From an uncultured virus (IMG/VR IMGVR_UViG_3300035698_023471) (Duplodnaviria; Heunggongvirae; Uroviricota; Caudoviricetes): DNA of 64,000 nt. Shown piece after piece: positions 18,613 to 28,600 of this stretch (positions within the stretch are counted from its first letter, which is position 1; every line of letters begins with the position of its first letter). A program made the position numbers and the translations under genes. The stretch is taken from the IMG/VR virus record IMGVR_UViG_3300035698_023471; one strand, 5' to 3'. The notes below the pieces were generated by a model that did no database searches, was not told where the DNA came from, and was given only the letters and a program-made list of their open reading frames with translations.

Positions 18613-20147
18613 GTATCTATATATCTTAATTTTTTATATTCTTCCGGATCTGTGATTCCCTGATTACGCATTTCAAAAGCCTCTTTGGAAATTGGAATTG
18701 CGAAATCTTTTTCTTCTTTTTTAAAACTACCAAGATATATATGATGTTTATTAATATGAATAGATGCTATCCATTTATTTTCATATTTATTCCAATATAA
18801 ATATCTAACTCCAGATGTACTGCTTGTCTTTAATTTATAAAAATCACTATTATATGGAATGCTATATTCAGATAGATCTGTTTTATATTTCATACATTCA
18901 TAAATATTGTATGGTTTAATAATATTTATAAAATCAATATATGATTTTGTAGAAATATAAACTATAGGTTGATTATTTTTGCCATTATGTATGTTGCAAT
19001 GTTTTATTCCGATTTCATTTAATTTTTCAATTAAAAATTCACATTCTTCCCAAGTAAATCCATTAGTGTATAATGATGCATTTCTTACTTTTGGCCGATT
19101 GCATCCATCATCAAAAAACCAAATGGCGACAGTTAAAGGAGTTAATGTTAAATCTGGAGGAATAATTTTTATTCTGTTCATTTGTCCATTATCTCCAACT
19201 GGTTTTAAAACATATTCCCCATTTTCATCTCTTTTGTACCATTTTCTTTCTAGCTCTGTGAATAAAGGATGGTTAATTGTTCCAAAGTTAATTGATTTTT
19301 TCGTCTTGGTATCACTTTGAATAATTTTATTATTATATATTCCTATAATTTTAGCACTTTTATCTTCTCGTATATTATATTTGATTGGTGGAAATTCAGT
19401 TGCTAGTTTTTCCAAATACTCTTCTTGCTTTAAAGAGTGTTTGCATGTAAAATTACAATTAGAATTTGGGCTATCTTTTTTTGAGATACAACCATCACCA
19501 AGCAACATTCCATTTATAATCTCTTTTTGCCTACTTGTAAAGTCAAAGTCTTCTGGCAGATCTTTGTATTTGTTTGTTTTTCTTGGCGTATTTAATTTTC
19601 TTGAAATTTTACTTACTTGTTTAATTGTTAGATTAAATTTTTTTGATGTATTATAATAAGTATTGTTATTGCGAAAGTCAATAAACTCTTCTTTATTTAT
19701 TCTATCTATTGTAGATTTTCTTTTCAATTTCATTTTTCTAGCAGTATTGTTAATTGTAGATTTTGATACGTTAAAAATATTTGCTAATTCGCTGGATGTA
19801 TGTTTGTCATACATCTTTATAAATTTATGCATATCTATTTCGCATAATCTTTTATTTGGAAGCCCTAATTTTTTTGCGTAATTTTGTATTGTCTGAGTAG
19901 ATACATTGTATTTTTTACAACAATATTTTATAGTATGGCTGTTATAAATTTCAATAAATTCTTCTATGTTAATCTCATCTGTAATCTTTTTTCTTTTTGC
20001 TCTCAAGGGTTTTACTCCCAAAGACTTTGATATTTTGGATATCCATGAATGAGAAACATTGTATTTTTCTGCAATTTCATTATGTGTATGATTTTCACAT
20101 AACTTGATAAACTCTTGTTTGTCAACTTCTTGTCCTTTAATCTTCAT
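18609..20147 (-). CDS. LAGLIDADG homing endonuclease with repeated N-terminal HTH units and a C-terminal AP2-like domain
   Basis: IINGMLLGDG and VAIWFFDDG; four short HTH-like repeats; C-terminal SGVRYLYWNKYENKWIASI...YLGSF. ATG at 20147 with GGAG RBS preferred. Very AT-rich. Confidence 0.85.
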   Translation of the reverse strand: MKIKGQEVDKQEFIKLCENHTHNEIAEKYNVSHSWISKISKSLGVKPLRAKRKKITDEINIEEFIEIYNSHTIKYCCKKYNVSTQTIQNYAKKLGLPNKRLCEIDMHKFIKMYDKHTSSELANIFNVSKSTINNTARKMKLKRKSTIDRINKEEFIDFRNNNTYYNTSKKFNLTIKQVSKISRKLNTPRKTNKYKDLPEDFDFTSRQKEIINGMLLGDGCISKKDSPNSNCNFTCKHSLKQEEYLEKLATEFPPIKYNIREDKSAKIIGIYNNKIIQSDTKTKKSINFGTINHPLFTELERKWYKRDENGEYVLKPVGDNGQMNRIKIIPPDLTLTPLTVAIWFFDDGCNRPKVRNASLYTNGFTWEECEFLIEKLNEIGIKHCNIHNGKNNQPIVYISTKSYIDFINIIKPYNIYECMKYKTDLSEYSIPYNSDFYKLKTSSTSGVRYLYWNKYENKWIASIHINKHHIYLGSFKKEEKDFAIPISKEAFEMRNQGITDPEEYKKLRYIDT

Positions 20148-20322
20148 TTCTAACTCCTTCGGATTCAATTATTTTGTTGATTTCACTCATCGCAATTCTT
20201 CTATGATTTCCTTTAGTTCGGATAATTTTAATTTTATTAGAATTACTCCAGTTGCGAATTGTTTGTGTTGTCACCCCTAACATCATTGCTGCTTTTAATG
20301 GTGAGACATAAGTTTCTGACAT
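20137..20322 (-). CDS. Small MerR/excisionase-type HTH protein (IS607 TnpA N-terminal-like)
   Basis: YVSPLKAAMMLGVTTQTIRNWSNSNKIKIIRTKGNHRRI; AGGAGG RBS; paralog of 10321..10503. Confidence 0.85.
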   Translation of the reverse strand: MSETYVSPLKAAMMLGVTTQTIRNWSNSNKIKIIRTKGNHRRIAMSEINKIIESEGVRNED

Positions 20323-20458
20323 TTTAACTTCCTCCTTATATATTCATAAATATTGTACGTAAGTCTTTTTTATTTTATAATATTTATCAATATTTTATTT
20401 TCTAAACAAGTAGTTTACAATTTTTCCTTGAATATACAAACAATAGGAGATAAAAATC

Positions 20459-22681
20459 ATGGATAATAAAAGAAAAACGATGTTAGTAAAGATGAAAAAT
20501 GGTTCGCGTGAAAAAAACAAAGATAATATTACACGAATTTACTCTTCTTCAGAAGCAAATATCACCAAAGAAATTGAAACTATTGATGGAACAACTTTGG
20601 CAATTGAGGTGGAAGATGATTCAATGCTGAATTCATTTCGTCATAGCGACGATGTGATTATTGAAGAAAGCCAAATTTTAAAAATCGCAGAACAACCATC
20701 TTCACTTTATAACAGTTTTTGGAATCGATTGAGACTTTTTTTTTCAAGAAAAACAAAACTGAACAACCAATCTTTAAACAATTTTGAATTTCTTGAAATC
20801 GATCTAGAAAAATACAAGCTGAGATTTGATCCAACAGATTTTAAAATCAATCCAAAACTACGGAATATTCTTGATTGTCGTGCTCCTGAAGCCTGGAGAT
20901 ATGGATACGATGGTTCTGGGATTACAATTGCTATTTTGGATACTGGAATTCTTCCTCACATAGATATCGTTCATAACATTTCTCCAGATGGAATATGCAC
21001 CGTAGGTTCTGGCCGACCAACAAAAGATGTAACTGCACATATCGATCACGGGCACCATGTGTCGGGAACTGCTGCGGCAAACAACGGGATGAATGTAATT
21101 CGATCTATTTATGGAGGGGCTCCAAAGGCAAAGATTCTTGCCATAAAAGTTCTTGGGGATCAAGGGAACGGAAGTCTTGAAGATATTATTGAAGGTCTTG
21201 CTTATGCGAGAAAAATGAAAGCTCATGTTATAAACATGAGCCTCGGAGGGGGGTCTTACTCTCGTATATTTCACGAAGAAATTTTAGCTCTCCATAAAGA
21301 TGGTGCAATAATACTAGCGGCAAGTGGAAACGAATCAGATTCTCAGATCAGCTATCCGTCACGATATCCAGAAGTCATTCCTGTTGGAAGCTCAAACAAA
21401 TATAATAAGATCTCTTATTTCTCCAACCACGGATTGACTCTAGCAAAAAATGGTATTTGTGCAATTGGCGAAAATGTATGGAGTTTGAAAGGTACAAATT
21501 CCTATTCTCTAAAAAGCGGCACATCGATGGCTACACCGTTGGCCAGTGCTGCTTGCGCTATCCTAAAACAAATAAATCCAAAAAAAATGACTCCAGAAAT
21601 TGTCAAAAAATCACTTCTTGATGGAGCGGTTGAACTCATTGGAATTGATAAAAATTATCAAGGGCATGGAAAATTGGATATACCAAATTCAATTATTATT
21701 GCTAATAGAATTCTGGAAAAAAACTCTTCATCATCAATTGGTGAAAAAATAGAACCTTCAAAATCCTTTGCTAAATTTGGGATAGGAGCGAGGGGAGATA
21801 TCATTCATGAGATACAGAAGCGACTTAAGGATAAGGGATTTGACCCAGGTCCTTTAGATGGTATTTATGGAAGAAAGACGACTTCAGCTGTCTTACAATT
21901 CACTGATGATAAATACGGTCATGTTGACATTGAAACTTATGAAAAATTGATGGGAACTTCTTTTCCATCAATTTTTGAACGTTGTCTCGGAGTCACCGCT
22001 GCTTTTGAAGGAACTGGTTACGGTCGTGCAGTTGGCAATTTTGATAAGGCTTTTCTGACCTGGGGAATCATCGGATTCAATATCAAATATGCTTCTTTGA
22101 CAGATATCTTACTCAAAATTTATCAAGCAGATCCGACGATCATCAAAAAGGCTTTTGGATTATATTCTGAAAATCTTTGCAAAGAAATCCTTAATTATGA
22201 ACGTACAAAGAGTCTCAGAGGATTCAAACGATGGGCTTTGTCGATACAAGATGGCAGAACTCATAAATTAATGTGGAATTACTCAAAAGGTTTTGAAAGA
22301 CTTGGAGAAAATGAAACGGTACAATCAATTCAAAGAAACTATGCCAGGAAGGTTTATTGGGCAAGGGCGAAAAGATTAGCCGAAAAATTCGAGATATATC
22401 AGGACCTCAGTTTGGCGTTTTGTTTTGATGCTTCCGTTCAAGGTTTTAATAAGAAAGGAATCAATTTGGCAGGAACTGAAATAACTTCACAAAAAGCCAT
22501 CATCGGAAGACCTCTTGATGAAATGGTCAAGAGAAAAATCATGGCAACGGCGAATGCGAATACCTGCCTGAAACAATGGAAAAAAGATCTGTGGTCTCGT
22601 CGAAGTCTCTTCATTGATGCACGGGAAGGAGTCGTTCATCACAAAGAATATGATCTGAAAAATTGGGGGCTTAATATCTAA
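20459..22681 (+). CDS. S8 subtilisin-like protease fused to a peptidoglycan-binding domain and a putative lysozyme-like C-terminal domain
   Basis: Catalytic triad motifs ILDTG, HGHHVSG and SGTSMATP; PG-binding IQKRLKDKGFDPGPLDGIYGRKT; C-terminal AFEG...GNFD...LTWGIIGF. Confidence 0.85.
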   Translation: MDNKRKTMLVKMKNGSREKNKDNITRIYSSSEANITKEIETIDGTTLAIEVEDDSMLNSFRHSDDVIIEESQILKIAEQPSSLYNSFWNRLRLFFSRKTKLNNQSLNNFEFLEIDLEKYKLRFDPTDFKINPKLRNILDCRAPEAWRYGYDGSGITIAILDTGILPHIDIVHNISPDGICTVGSGRPTKDVTAHIDHGHHVSGTAAANNGMNVIRSIYGGAPKAKILAIKVLGDQGNGSLEDIIEGLAYARKMKAHVINMSLGGGSYSRIFHEEILALHKDGAIILAASGNESDSQISYPSRYPEVIPVGSSNKYNKISYFSNHGLTLAKNGICAIGENVWSLKGTNSYSLKSGTSMATPLASAACAILKQINPKKMTPEIVKKSLLDGAVELIGIDKNYQGHGKLDIPNSIIIANRILEKNSSSSIGEKIEPSKSFAKFGIGARGDIIHEIQKRLKDKGFDPGPLDGIYGRKTTSAVLQFTDDKYGHVDIETYEKLMGTSFPSIFERCLGVTAAFEGTGYGRAVGNFDKAFLTWGIIGFNIKYASLTDILLKIYQADPTIIKKAFGLYSENLCKEILNYERTKSLRGFKRWALSIQDGRTHKLMWNYSKGFERLGENETVQSIQRNYARKVYWARAKRLAEKFEIYQDLSLAFCFDASVQGFNKKGINLAGTEITSQKAIIGRPLDEMVKRKIMATANANTCLKQWKKDLWSRRSLFIDAREGVVHHKEYDLKNWGLNI

Positions 22682-24744
22682 TCGACTCTTTTGATCGGGA
22701 CATCGTTTTCATGAAAGAAATCCAAGAAGCTTCTTCCATAGGGTTTTGAATGAATCCTTGAATCTAAAAGATAAATCACGCCTGTGTCGCTTTCATTGCG
22801 GATCAGCCTTCCGGCACCTTGCCGGAAGGCCATGATCGCCATCGGCAAAGAATAGTCGTTAAACCAATCCGCTCCTCTCTCAGTGAGGATTCTAGTGATC
22901 GGATCATCCTTATGCTTAAATGGTATTTTGCAAATGACGACCGAATTCAAACTGTCTCCGACGACATCGATTCCTTCCCATAAGGATGATGTTCCCACCA
23001 AACAAGAATGTCGATCATCACGAAACTCTTCCAGTATCTTGTTGATCGGCATCCCGTCAAATTGAGATAGGATGGAATAATCATCTCCGATCTTTTCCTG
23101 CAATTCTTCTGAGATAGATTCGACAGTCTTCTTAGAAGTCGTCAAGATCAAAGTACCACCATCATGGTGTTTTATCACATTCGTCAAGACATCTGTGGTA
23201 TGATCGATGTAAGAGTCATATTCTTTTGGATTTTGATTATAGGGAGGAAGCATGGCGTTCTTCGCCAAAACGACTTCCATCTGATTCTTTAAGTCAAATT
23301 CAGAAGCGAAGCAAACCCTATCACCGGTGAACCCGGTACTGCTGAAGAAGAATTTAAAATCATCTCCAGCATTCAATGTGGCGGAAACACAAATGCTAGA
23401 ACTAAGTTTAGAAAAGATGAGATCGTCGAGCAATGGTGCGACATCAATTGGTAGACCGATGATATCGGCATAAGTCGGATCGTGTCCAGGAACTAAATAG
23501 GCGGCATTTTGAGCGTTGATCCAATCTGGATTGTTTATGATTCCATCAAACAATTGATTGTCAATTTGGTGTTTGAATTTAGAGATGGCTTCATAATACT
23601 TTTCACACAACCCGAGAGCATTCGTTTCTTCTTCATCAAGAAAATCGTTGTCATTCTTCATCGTCAATCTTGAGATCATGTCATTTGTCACTGCGATCAA
23701 TTTATCGATGATCTCAAAGAAGTATTTTGGATACTTGAATTTACCCTTGTCATGATGACCTAATATTTTCTTGGCACTGTAATCTTGAGATTTCCGATAA
23801 AGTTCCGTATCCTCCAAGAATTCTTCCAATTCATCGAAGAAGGTCTTCACGAGTTGCCTTGCTTCCTTCTTCATGTCTTTGCTTTCAAACAAATCTTCCC
23901 CGACCAAATCACTTTTCAAACATGTTTGAAAAGCTTCGAGGAATAAGCTCATTGAATGAAGCAATGATTTTTTAGTTATCTTAAACCCGAAGAATTCTCT
24001 AGAAATATCCACGATCTTATGAACTTCATCAAAGATTACATATTTGTAGTTTGGCAATAAACCATTTTTTGTCGTCTTCTTCAAAAACATATCACAAATG
24101 AGAATGTGGTAGTTGATCACGATGATGTCTGCATCTTTTGCCTTCTGTCGAGATTCATTGCTGAAGCAATCCTTGTAGAAGGCACATTTCCTATTTGTAC
24201 ATTCATTCTCATTGATCGTTGTTTCCTGTAAAATTTGAGGAAGGACCTTGAAGCCGAGTTCTTTCAAATCACCTGTTTTAGTATGGCTATACCATTTGTC
24301 ATACTTCTTGAAATTTGAGACTTCAGTCTTAGAAGCTCCAGTCGCTTTGGAGAAAACTCCAGTGTGTTTGGATTTTTCCATTTTTCGATTACAGATGAAG
24401 TTGTTCTTCCCTTTCACCTCCACATAGTCGAAATCAATCATTCCTTTGAAAAGATCTTCGATGAAAGGAATGTCCTTGTCAACTAATTGAGATTGAAGAG
24501 TCTTGTTCGCAGTGACGATCACAACTGGTTCAGAACTCCTCTTGGAGAAGATGACTGCCGGGACTAGGTAAGCGAAGGACTTACCCGTTCCTGGCTTGGC
24601 TTCTATGGCGATGTTTTTCTTCCCCCGCAAATGACCGTCTATCAAACGTGCCATTTGGATTTGAGTTTCTCTGGGATTGTATCCGGGAAGTTTTTTACTT
24701 AAAATCCCATCTTCCGCTAAAATTTGATCGAGATATGTGCTCAT
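22678..24744 (-). CDS. dinG: DinG/YoaA-family SF2 helicase
   Basis: Q motif PRETQ, Walker A EAKPGTGKS, Fe-S cluster cysteines, DEVH, SATL, WEGID and QGAGRLIR. Confidence 0.9.
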   Translation of the reverse strand: MSTYLDQILAEDGILSKKLPGYNPRETQIQMARLIDGHLRGKKNIAIEAKPGTGKSFAYLVPAVIFSKRSSEPVVIVTANKTLQSQLVDKDIPFIEDLFKGMIDFDYVEVKGKNNFICNRKMEKSKHTGVFSKATGASKTEVSNFKKYDKWYSHTKTGDLKELGFKVLPQILQETTINENECTNRKCAFYKDCFSNESRQKAKDADIIVINYHILICDMFLKKTTKNGLLPNYKYVIFDEVHKIVDISREFFGFKITKKSLLHSMSLFLEAFQTCLKSDLVGEDLFESKDMKKEARQLVKTFFDELEEFLEDTELYRKSQDYSAKKILGHHDKGKFKYPKYFFEIIDKLIAVTNDMISRLTMKNDNDFLDEEETNALGLCEKYYEAISKFKHQIDNQLFDGIINNPDWINAQNAAYLVPGHDPTYADIIGLPIDVAPLLDDLIFSKLSSSICVSATLNAGDDFKFFFSSTGFTGDRVCFASEFDLKNQMEVVLAKNAMLPPYNQNPKEYDSYIDHTTDVLTNVIKHHDGGTLILTTSKKTVESISEELQEKIGDDYSILSQFDGMPINKILEEFRDDRHSCLVGTSSLWEGIDVVGDSLNSVVICKIPFKHKDDPITRILTERGADWFNDYSLPMAIMAFRQGAGRLIRNESDTGVIYLLDSRIHSKPYGRSFLDFFHENDVPIKRVD

Positions 24745-24876
24745 TTACTTGATCTTACCTTCCTTTCTCAAAATTCCTAGATAGTTCTTCAAAGGTTCCC
24801 AGACTGATTTTGGAGTTACAGATGGAATCATTTTGGCTAAATAGTTAAATCTTTTTTCAGTCAGTTTTACGATCAT
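24745..24876 (-). CDS. 43-aa mini-protein (not in ORF track)
   Basis: MIVKLTEKRFNYLAKMIPSVTPKSVWEPLKNYLGILRKEGKIK*; its stop abuts the DinG start (TAAATG). Confidence 0.65.
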   Translation of the reverse strand: MIVKLTEKRFNYLAKMIPSVTPKSVWEPLKNYLGILRKEGKIK

Positions 24877-24979
24877 CGTCAATTTTCCTAAATATTTCTC
24901 CAATGAATTCATTCAAATCCTCGACTGGAATGAGATGTCGGTAGAAATCGAATCTTGCCTCGCTCAACTTGACGATCAT
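24857..24979 (-). CDS. 40-aa mini-protein, paralog of 24745..24876 (not in ORF track)
   Basis: MIVKLSEARFDFYRHLIPVEDLNEFIGEIFRKIDDDRKTD*; TTGACG-N17-TATCAT lies immediately upstream. Confidence 0.65.
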   Translation of the reverse strand: MIVKLSEARFDFYRHLIPVEDLNEFIGEIFRKIDDDRKTD

Positions 24980-25037
24980 GACATTTTAATGATAGACCCT
25001 TCCGTCAATCCCGTCAACTACCGTAAAATAAAAGATC

Positions 25038-25712
25038 ATGCTCAACAAAGATCTCAGACACCCCTCCGCTTTCAATCTCCTTTACTTCAACTTCCGCAAT
25101 TCGATCATTAAGAATGAGCGAAAAAACATCAAAATGTATCAAAGTTTAATCAAAGAATCTTTAGATGAAAATGAAACACTTTTGTCGAACTTGAACGACT
25201 ACAAACAGAAGGAACTTTTAAAATTACTGAAAATAGCAAATTCACAGACTCCCCCAGCCTCATTACTTGATGAAATCCCGATGGGGAAGATCAAAGAGAT
25301 TTTTTCTAAGGAAAGTTATGAAATACCGGAAATTGATTTGAATAAATCAATTTTTGAAGGAGAAATAGAAAAAATCAACGAACTTATAGAAAGAGACCTG
25401 AAGGTAGTTTCAAGAGAACATCCAGTCGGTCAATTCGGTTTTGTTGACATTTCTGCAAAAGATGATGAAAAGGATGAATTTTGGGTCTTAGAATTGAAAT
25501 CCGGAACGGCCAACCATAAGATAATTGGCCAAGTGATGAAATACATTCAATATTTTGAAGGACGGCTTCTTTATAAACGATATGAGAAAGTGAGAGCTTT
25601 GACCGTCTGTGGAGGATATGACAACTTCTCTCTAAGAGAATTGAAAAAGATGGGAATTGTGACCCTTCGATATCAAAGCATTTGCGACACCTTATTATTC
25701 GAGAATATATGA
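25038..25712 (+). CDS. PD-(D/E)xK nuclease, NucS/EndoMS C-terminal-like
   Basis: REHPVGQFGFVDISAKD...VLELK...IIGQVMKY. Confidence 0.75.
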   Translation: MLNKDLRHPSAFNLLYFNFRNSIIKNERKNIKMYQSLIKESLDENETLLSNLNDYKQKELLKLLKIANSQTPPASLLDEIPMGKIKEIFSKESYEIPEIDLNKSIFEGEIEKINELIERDLKVVSREHPVGQFGFVDISAKDDEKDEFWVLELKSGTANHKIIGQVMKYIQYFEGRLLYKRYEKVRALTVCGGYDNFSLRELKKMGIVTLRYQSICDTLLFENI

Positions 25713-25713
25713 C

Positions 25714-26031
25714 ATGCTAAATAAAAAAGTGGTATCCAAGATGATCGATGAATTAGATGGTCCCACTCTTCTTGATTTAGAAGATAATGGGGACAACCAT
25801 TTGATCAACATTGAAATCCTCATTCCTGAAGACAAGGTCCGAGAAATGGGGCCTGAATTGAAAGATGTCATTGAGGCGATCCTTCAAGAAAATCCGAAGG
25901 ACTTCATCAAAAATCTTTTCAAAGACAATCTGGAAGATGTCGAATGGGATGAAGATGAGAAGAAGCATTCGAAAGTCTTCTATGATGATCGAAATCTAAA
26001 AATAGCATTAAATTTTTGTGGCAAATTATAA
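25714..26031 (+). CDS. Hypothetical protein
   Basis: 105-aa acidic ORF starting 1 nt after the upstream stop. Confidence 0.6.
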   Translation: MLNKKVVSKMIDELDGPTLLDLEDNGDNHLINIEILIPEDKVREMGPELKDVIEAILQENPKDFIKNLFKDNLEDVEWDEDEKKHSKVFYDDRNLKIALNFCGKL

Positions 26032-26047
26032 CTAAGGAGTTTTTAAA

Positions 26048-26356
26048 ATGGCTATCACAAATGCACAAGTTATCGCTTTCACCGCAGAGCAGGTTAGACC
26101 TTTAGCGGAATTGATGAGAAAGACCCGATATGAACTTTCAGGGTTGAGAGATCAGTATCTTTCTGGACTCAACACTCTCATCGCAAATGGCGATGGAGAC
26201 ATCATGGAAGACAGAGCCGATCACAAACCCAATTTGGCCAAAGCTGAGATTCTTGCAATACTAACAAGAGCTAATGAGATTTTGGCAGTGTTGGAAGCTG
26301 CAAATGCTATGGATGCACCCAACAAGGCTTGTATCAGACCACTGAGAATTTCGTAA
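26048..26356 (+). CDS. Hypothetical protein (likely virion-associated)
   Basis: 102 aa, AAGGAG RBS, leads into the beta-helix genes. Confidence 0.7.
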   Translation: MAITNAQVIAFTAEQVRPLAELMRKTRYELSGLRDQYLSGLNTLIANGDGDIMEDRADHKPNLAKAEILAILTRANEILAVLEAANAMDAPNKACIRPLRIS

Positions 26357-26372
26357 TTAGGATTATTGAATC

Positions 26373-27476
26373 ATGGCATATACTCATTATTATGTATCGT
26401 CTTTGGTTGGAGGAGGAGGTGTTGGATCGGAAGGCGATCCGTTTACTCTTGAAGAGGCGAGACTTGCGGCTGGGCCTGGGCTGTATTTCCATGTCAAGGG
26501 AGATGGAACCTATACGCTATCGGAATGGACACCAGCCGCCAACGGGTTGCGGACCGCCTGCTGTTTGTGGAAGGGATATACTGACACGATTGACGACGGT
26601 GGATATGCTACTTTCAGTTTTAGTTCTGGCTATCTGCGCTTGTACGTTAATCCTGGAGGATACTATCACAAGTTTGAGAATTTCAATATATTAGGGGCTA
26701 CTACTGTTCAGAGCGTACTGAATGCAACGGATTCGAATGATTTCACAAATTGCCGAATAACAGTCAGAAGAACAAACGGCACAGGATATGCCGCGTATTA
26801 TGGTGGCAATTATTATAACTGCTATTTCACTGCGAACAATACGTCATACGGACACTATGGCATGAATATGTTCAACAACTTAGGTCGTGCTCGTCGATGT
26901 GTGGCATACAATCTAGCAGGGCCTGCGTTTTACTTCAGAATTCCCGAGTATTCTCAAATCTGTATTGATTGTCTGGCTATTAACTGTGGATACGGAGTAT
27001 TTGTAACTCTACTGGCTTCTGCTTATAATTCACGACTGTTAATCTCTGGATGCACCTTCGCTGGGTGTGCAACTGGAATAAGATTAACAGGAACCTCATC
27101 GACAAGCAATGTACCAACAGATATAATAGAAAACATTTTCTATGACAGCACGTATGGAATAACGTGTGATACTTTCGATGGTGGGAGCCACTATAGGTTT
27201 AGGAATAATGCCTTCGGGGCAATAACTACGGCGAACTACAACAACTTCAGTGACGACTGGCTGGAGAGCCACAGATACAACGACATCACCCTAACAGAGT
27301 CACCATTCACGGATTACCTGGGTGGTGATTACTCGCTAAACAACACTTCTGGTGGTGGTGCAGAATGCAGGGACATCGGGGTTACACTGTTAGATGGCGT
27401 CCACACGACATACGCGACTCTTGGGGCGATTAATGAAGCAAGACGGGTCATGTTGGGATTGCAATTGAAAACTTAA
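26373..27476 (+). CDS. Right-handed beta-helix (pectin-lyase-like) tailspike-like protein, copy 1
   Basis: YYVS..GGGG.GS..DPF start, and Asn/Cys-ladder repeats (NCRI, NCYF, GCTF, NIFY, NNAF). Confidence 0.7.
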   Translation: MAYTHYYVSSLVGGGGVGSEGDPFTLEEARLAAGPGLYFHVKGDGTYTLSEWTPAANGLRTACCLWKGYTDTIDDGGYATFSFSSGYLRLYVNPGGYYHKFENFNILGATTVQSVLNATDSNDFTNCRITVRRTNGTGYAAYYGGNYYNCYFTANNTSYGHYGMNMFNNLGRARRCVAYNLAGPAFYFRIPEYSQICIDCLAINCGYGVFVTLLASAYNSRLLISGCTFAGCATGIRLTGTSSTSNVPTDIIENIFYDSTYGITCDTFDGGSHYRFRNNAFGAITTANYNNFSDDWLESHRYNDITLTESPFTDYLGGDYSLNNTSGGGAECRDIGVTLLDGVHTTYATLGAINEARRVMLGLQLKT

Positions 27477-27491
27477 TAGGATTATTGAATT

Positions 27492-28580
27492 ATGGCATTA
27501 ACAGAAAAATGGTGTACTTCAGACGCTGGCGGTGGAGGTGATGGAAGCCAGGGAAGTCCGTGGACTTTTGCAGAGATGCTTGCAGGTTATGCCGCTGGGC
27601 AGTTGGTCAATCTTATTGGCACGTTCAATCTATCTGGTTTGCAAACAATGGCTACAGGTTCGGGTAACGATGAGTCTATTGTGTTCCAGGGTCATGCTGC
27701 AACGTATGGAGATGGCGGCAGAGCGACAATAAATATTTCGAATAATTATCTGTATTTTAGTGCTGGGAATATCTCCTTCTATGATATAAATATTTCCCCA
27801 ACTGACGGAACATATGGAATTAGAGATTTAGCTGGAAATATTTCGTTCTATCGTTGCGCGTTTACCAATAATGGTTCGGGCTCTGCCGTTCAATTAAGCA
27901 CTGGTTCTAAATTGGTCAAATGTTATTGTACTGTTACCAATTCGTCTGCAACAAGAATTGTTCGTGTATATAGAAGCTCTGCAATATCAGAATCGGTTTT
28001 CTTTGCTCCTGCATCTTTTTCCAAAATGGTAATTGAAATACCAACAAGCTCTTATGGCAACTCTGTATGCAGCAATTTATTTATAGGAACAGGGGTAGGG
28101 AATGCAATAGAGATTACAGATTCAACCACTCCCGAGCCATTCCTCTGCTCAGGAAATACCTTTGTAAACTGGGCAGCAGCACTTGGCGGTAATGCTTCTA
28201 ATACGTTAGATTTTGTTAGTACCGCCACTTTTTCTAATAATATTATATACGACTGTACAAATGGCATTGTAAATCCTGGTGGAAGCATTGATAAAATTCA
28301 TTTGTATCGTAATGCTTGGGGTGCAATTACCACTGCTCGTTATCCTACATCGGACGCGATCACAATAGACGGCGACATCACACTAACCACCTCACCCTTC
28401 ACAGATTACTTGGGTGGTGATTACACTTTAAACAGTGTATCTGGTGGCGGCAAACTGTGTAAAAATATTGGAGTCGATTTATTAGATGGCAATCATACCA
28501 CTTACGTGAATGTGGGGGCATTACAGGACGAATGGGTGCAGAATTATTACCCATCTGTGGGAATAGTAGCGGCGTCATAA
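27492..28580 (+). CDS. Right-handed beta-helix tailspike-like protein, copy 2
   Basis: GGGGDGSQGSPW start, similar repeats, and the C-terminal block SPFTDYLGGDY shared with copy 1. Confidence 0.7.
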   Translation: MALTEKWCTSDAGGGGDGSQGSPWTFAEMLAGYAAGQLVNLIGTFNLSGLQTMATGSGNDESIVFQGHAATYGDGGRATINISNNYLYFSAGNISFYDINISPTDGTYGIRDLAGNISFYRCAFTNNGSGSAVQLSTGSKLVKCYCTVTNSSATRIVRVYRSSAISESVFFAPASFSKMVIEIPTSSYGNSVCSNLFIGTGVGNAIEITDSTTPEPFLCSGNTFVNWAAALGGNASNTLDFVSTATFSNNIIYDCTNGIVNPGGSIDKIHLYRNAWGAITTARYPTSDAITIDGDITLTTSPFTDYLGGDYTLNSVSGGGKLCKNIGVDLLDGNHTTYVNVGALQDEWVQNYYPSVGIVAAS

Positions 28581-28600
28581 AATGATAAGGGATCGAAGTC

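Noticed and set aside
22678..25712. DinG plus nuclease as a type IV CRISPR or defence module
   Set aside because: The genes are divergent, there are no csf/cas genes, and both families are common in large-phage DNA metabolism.
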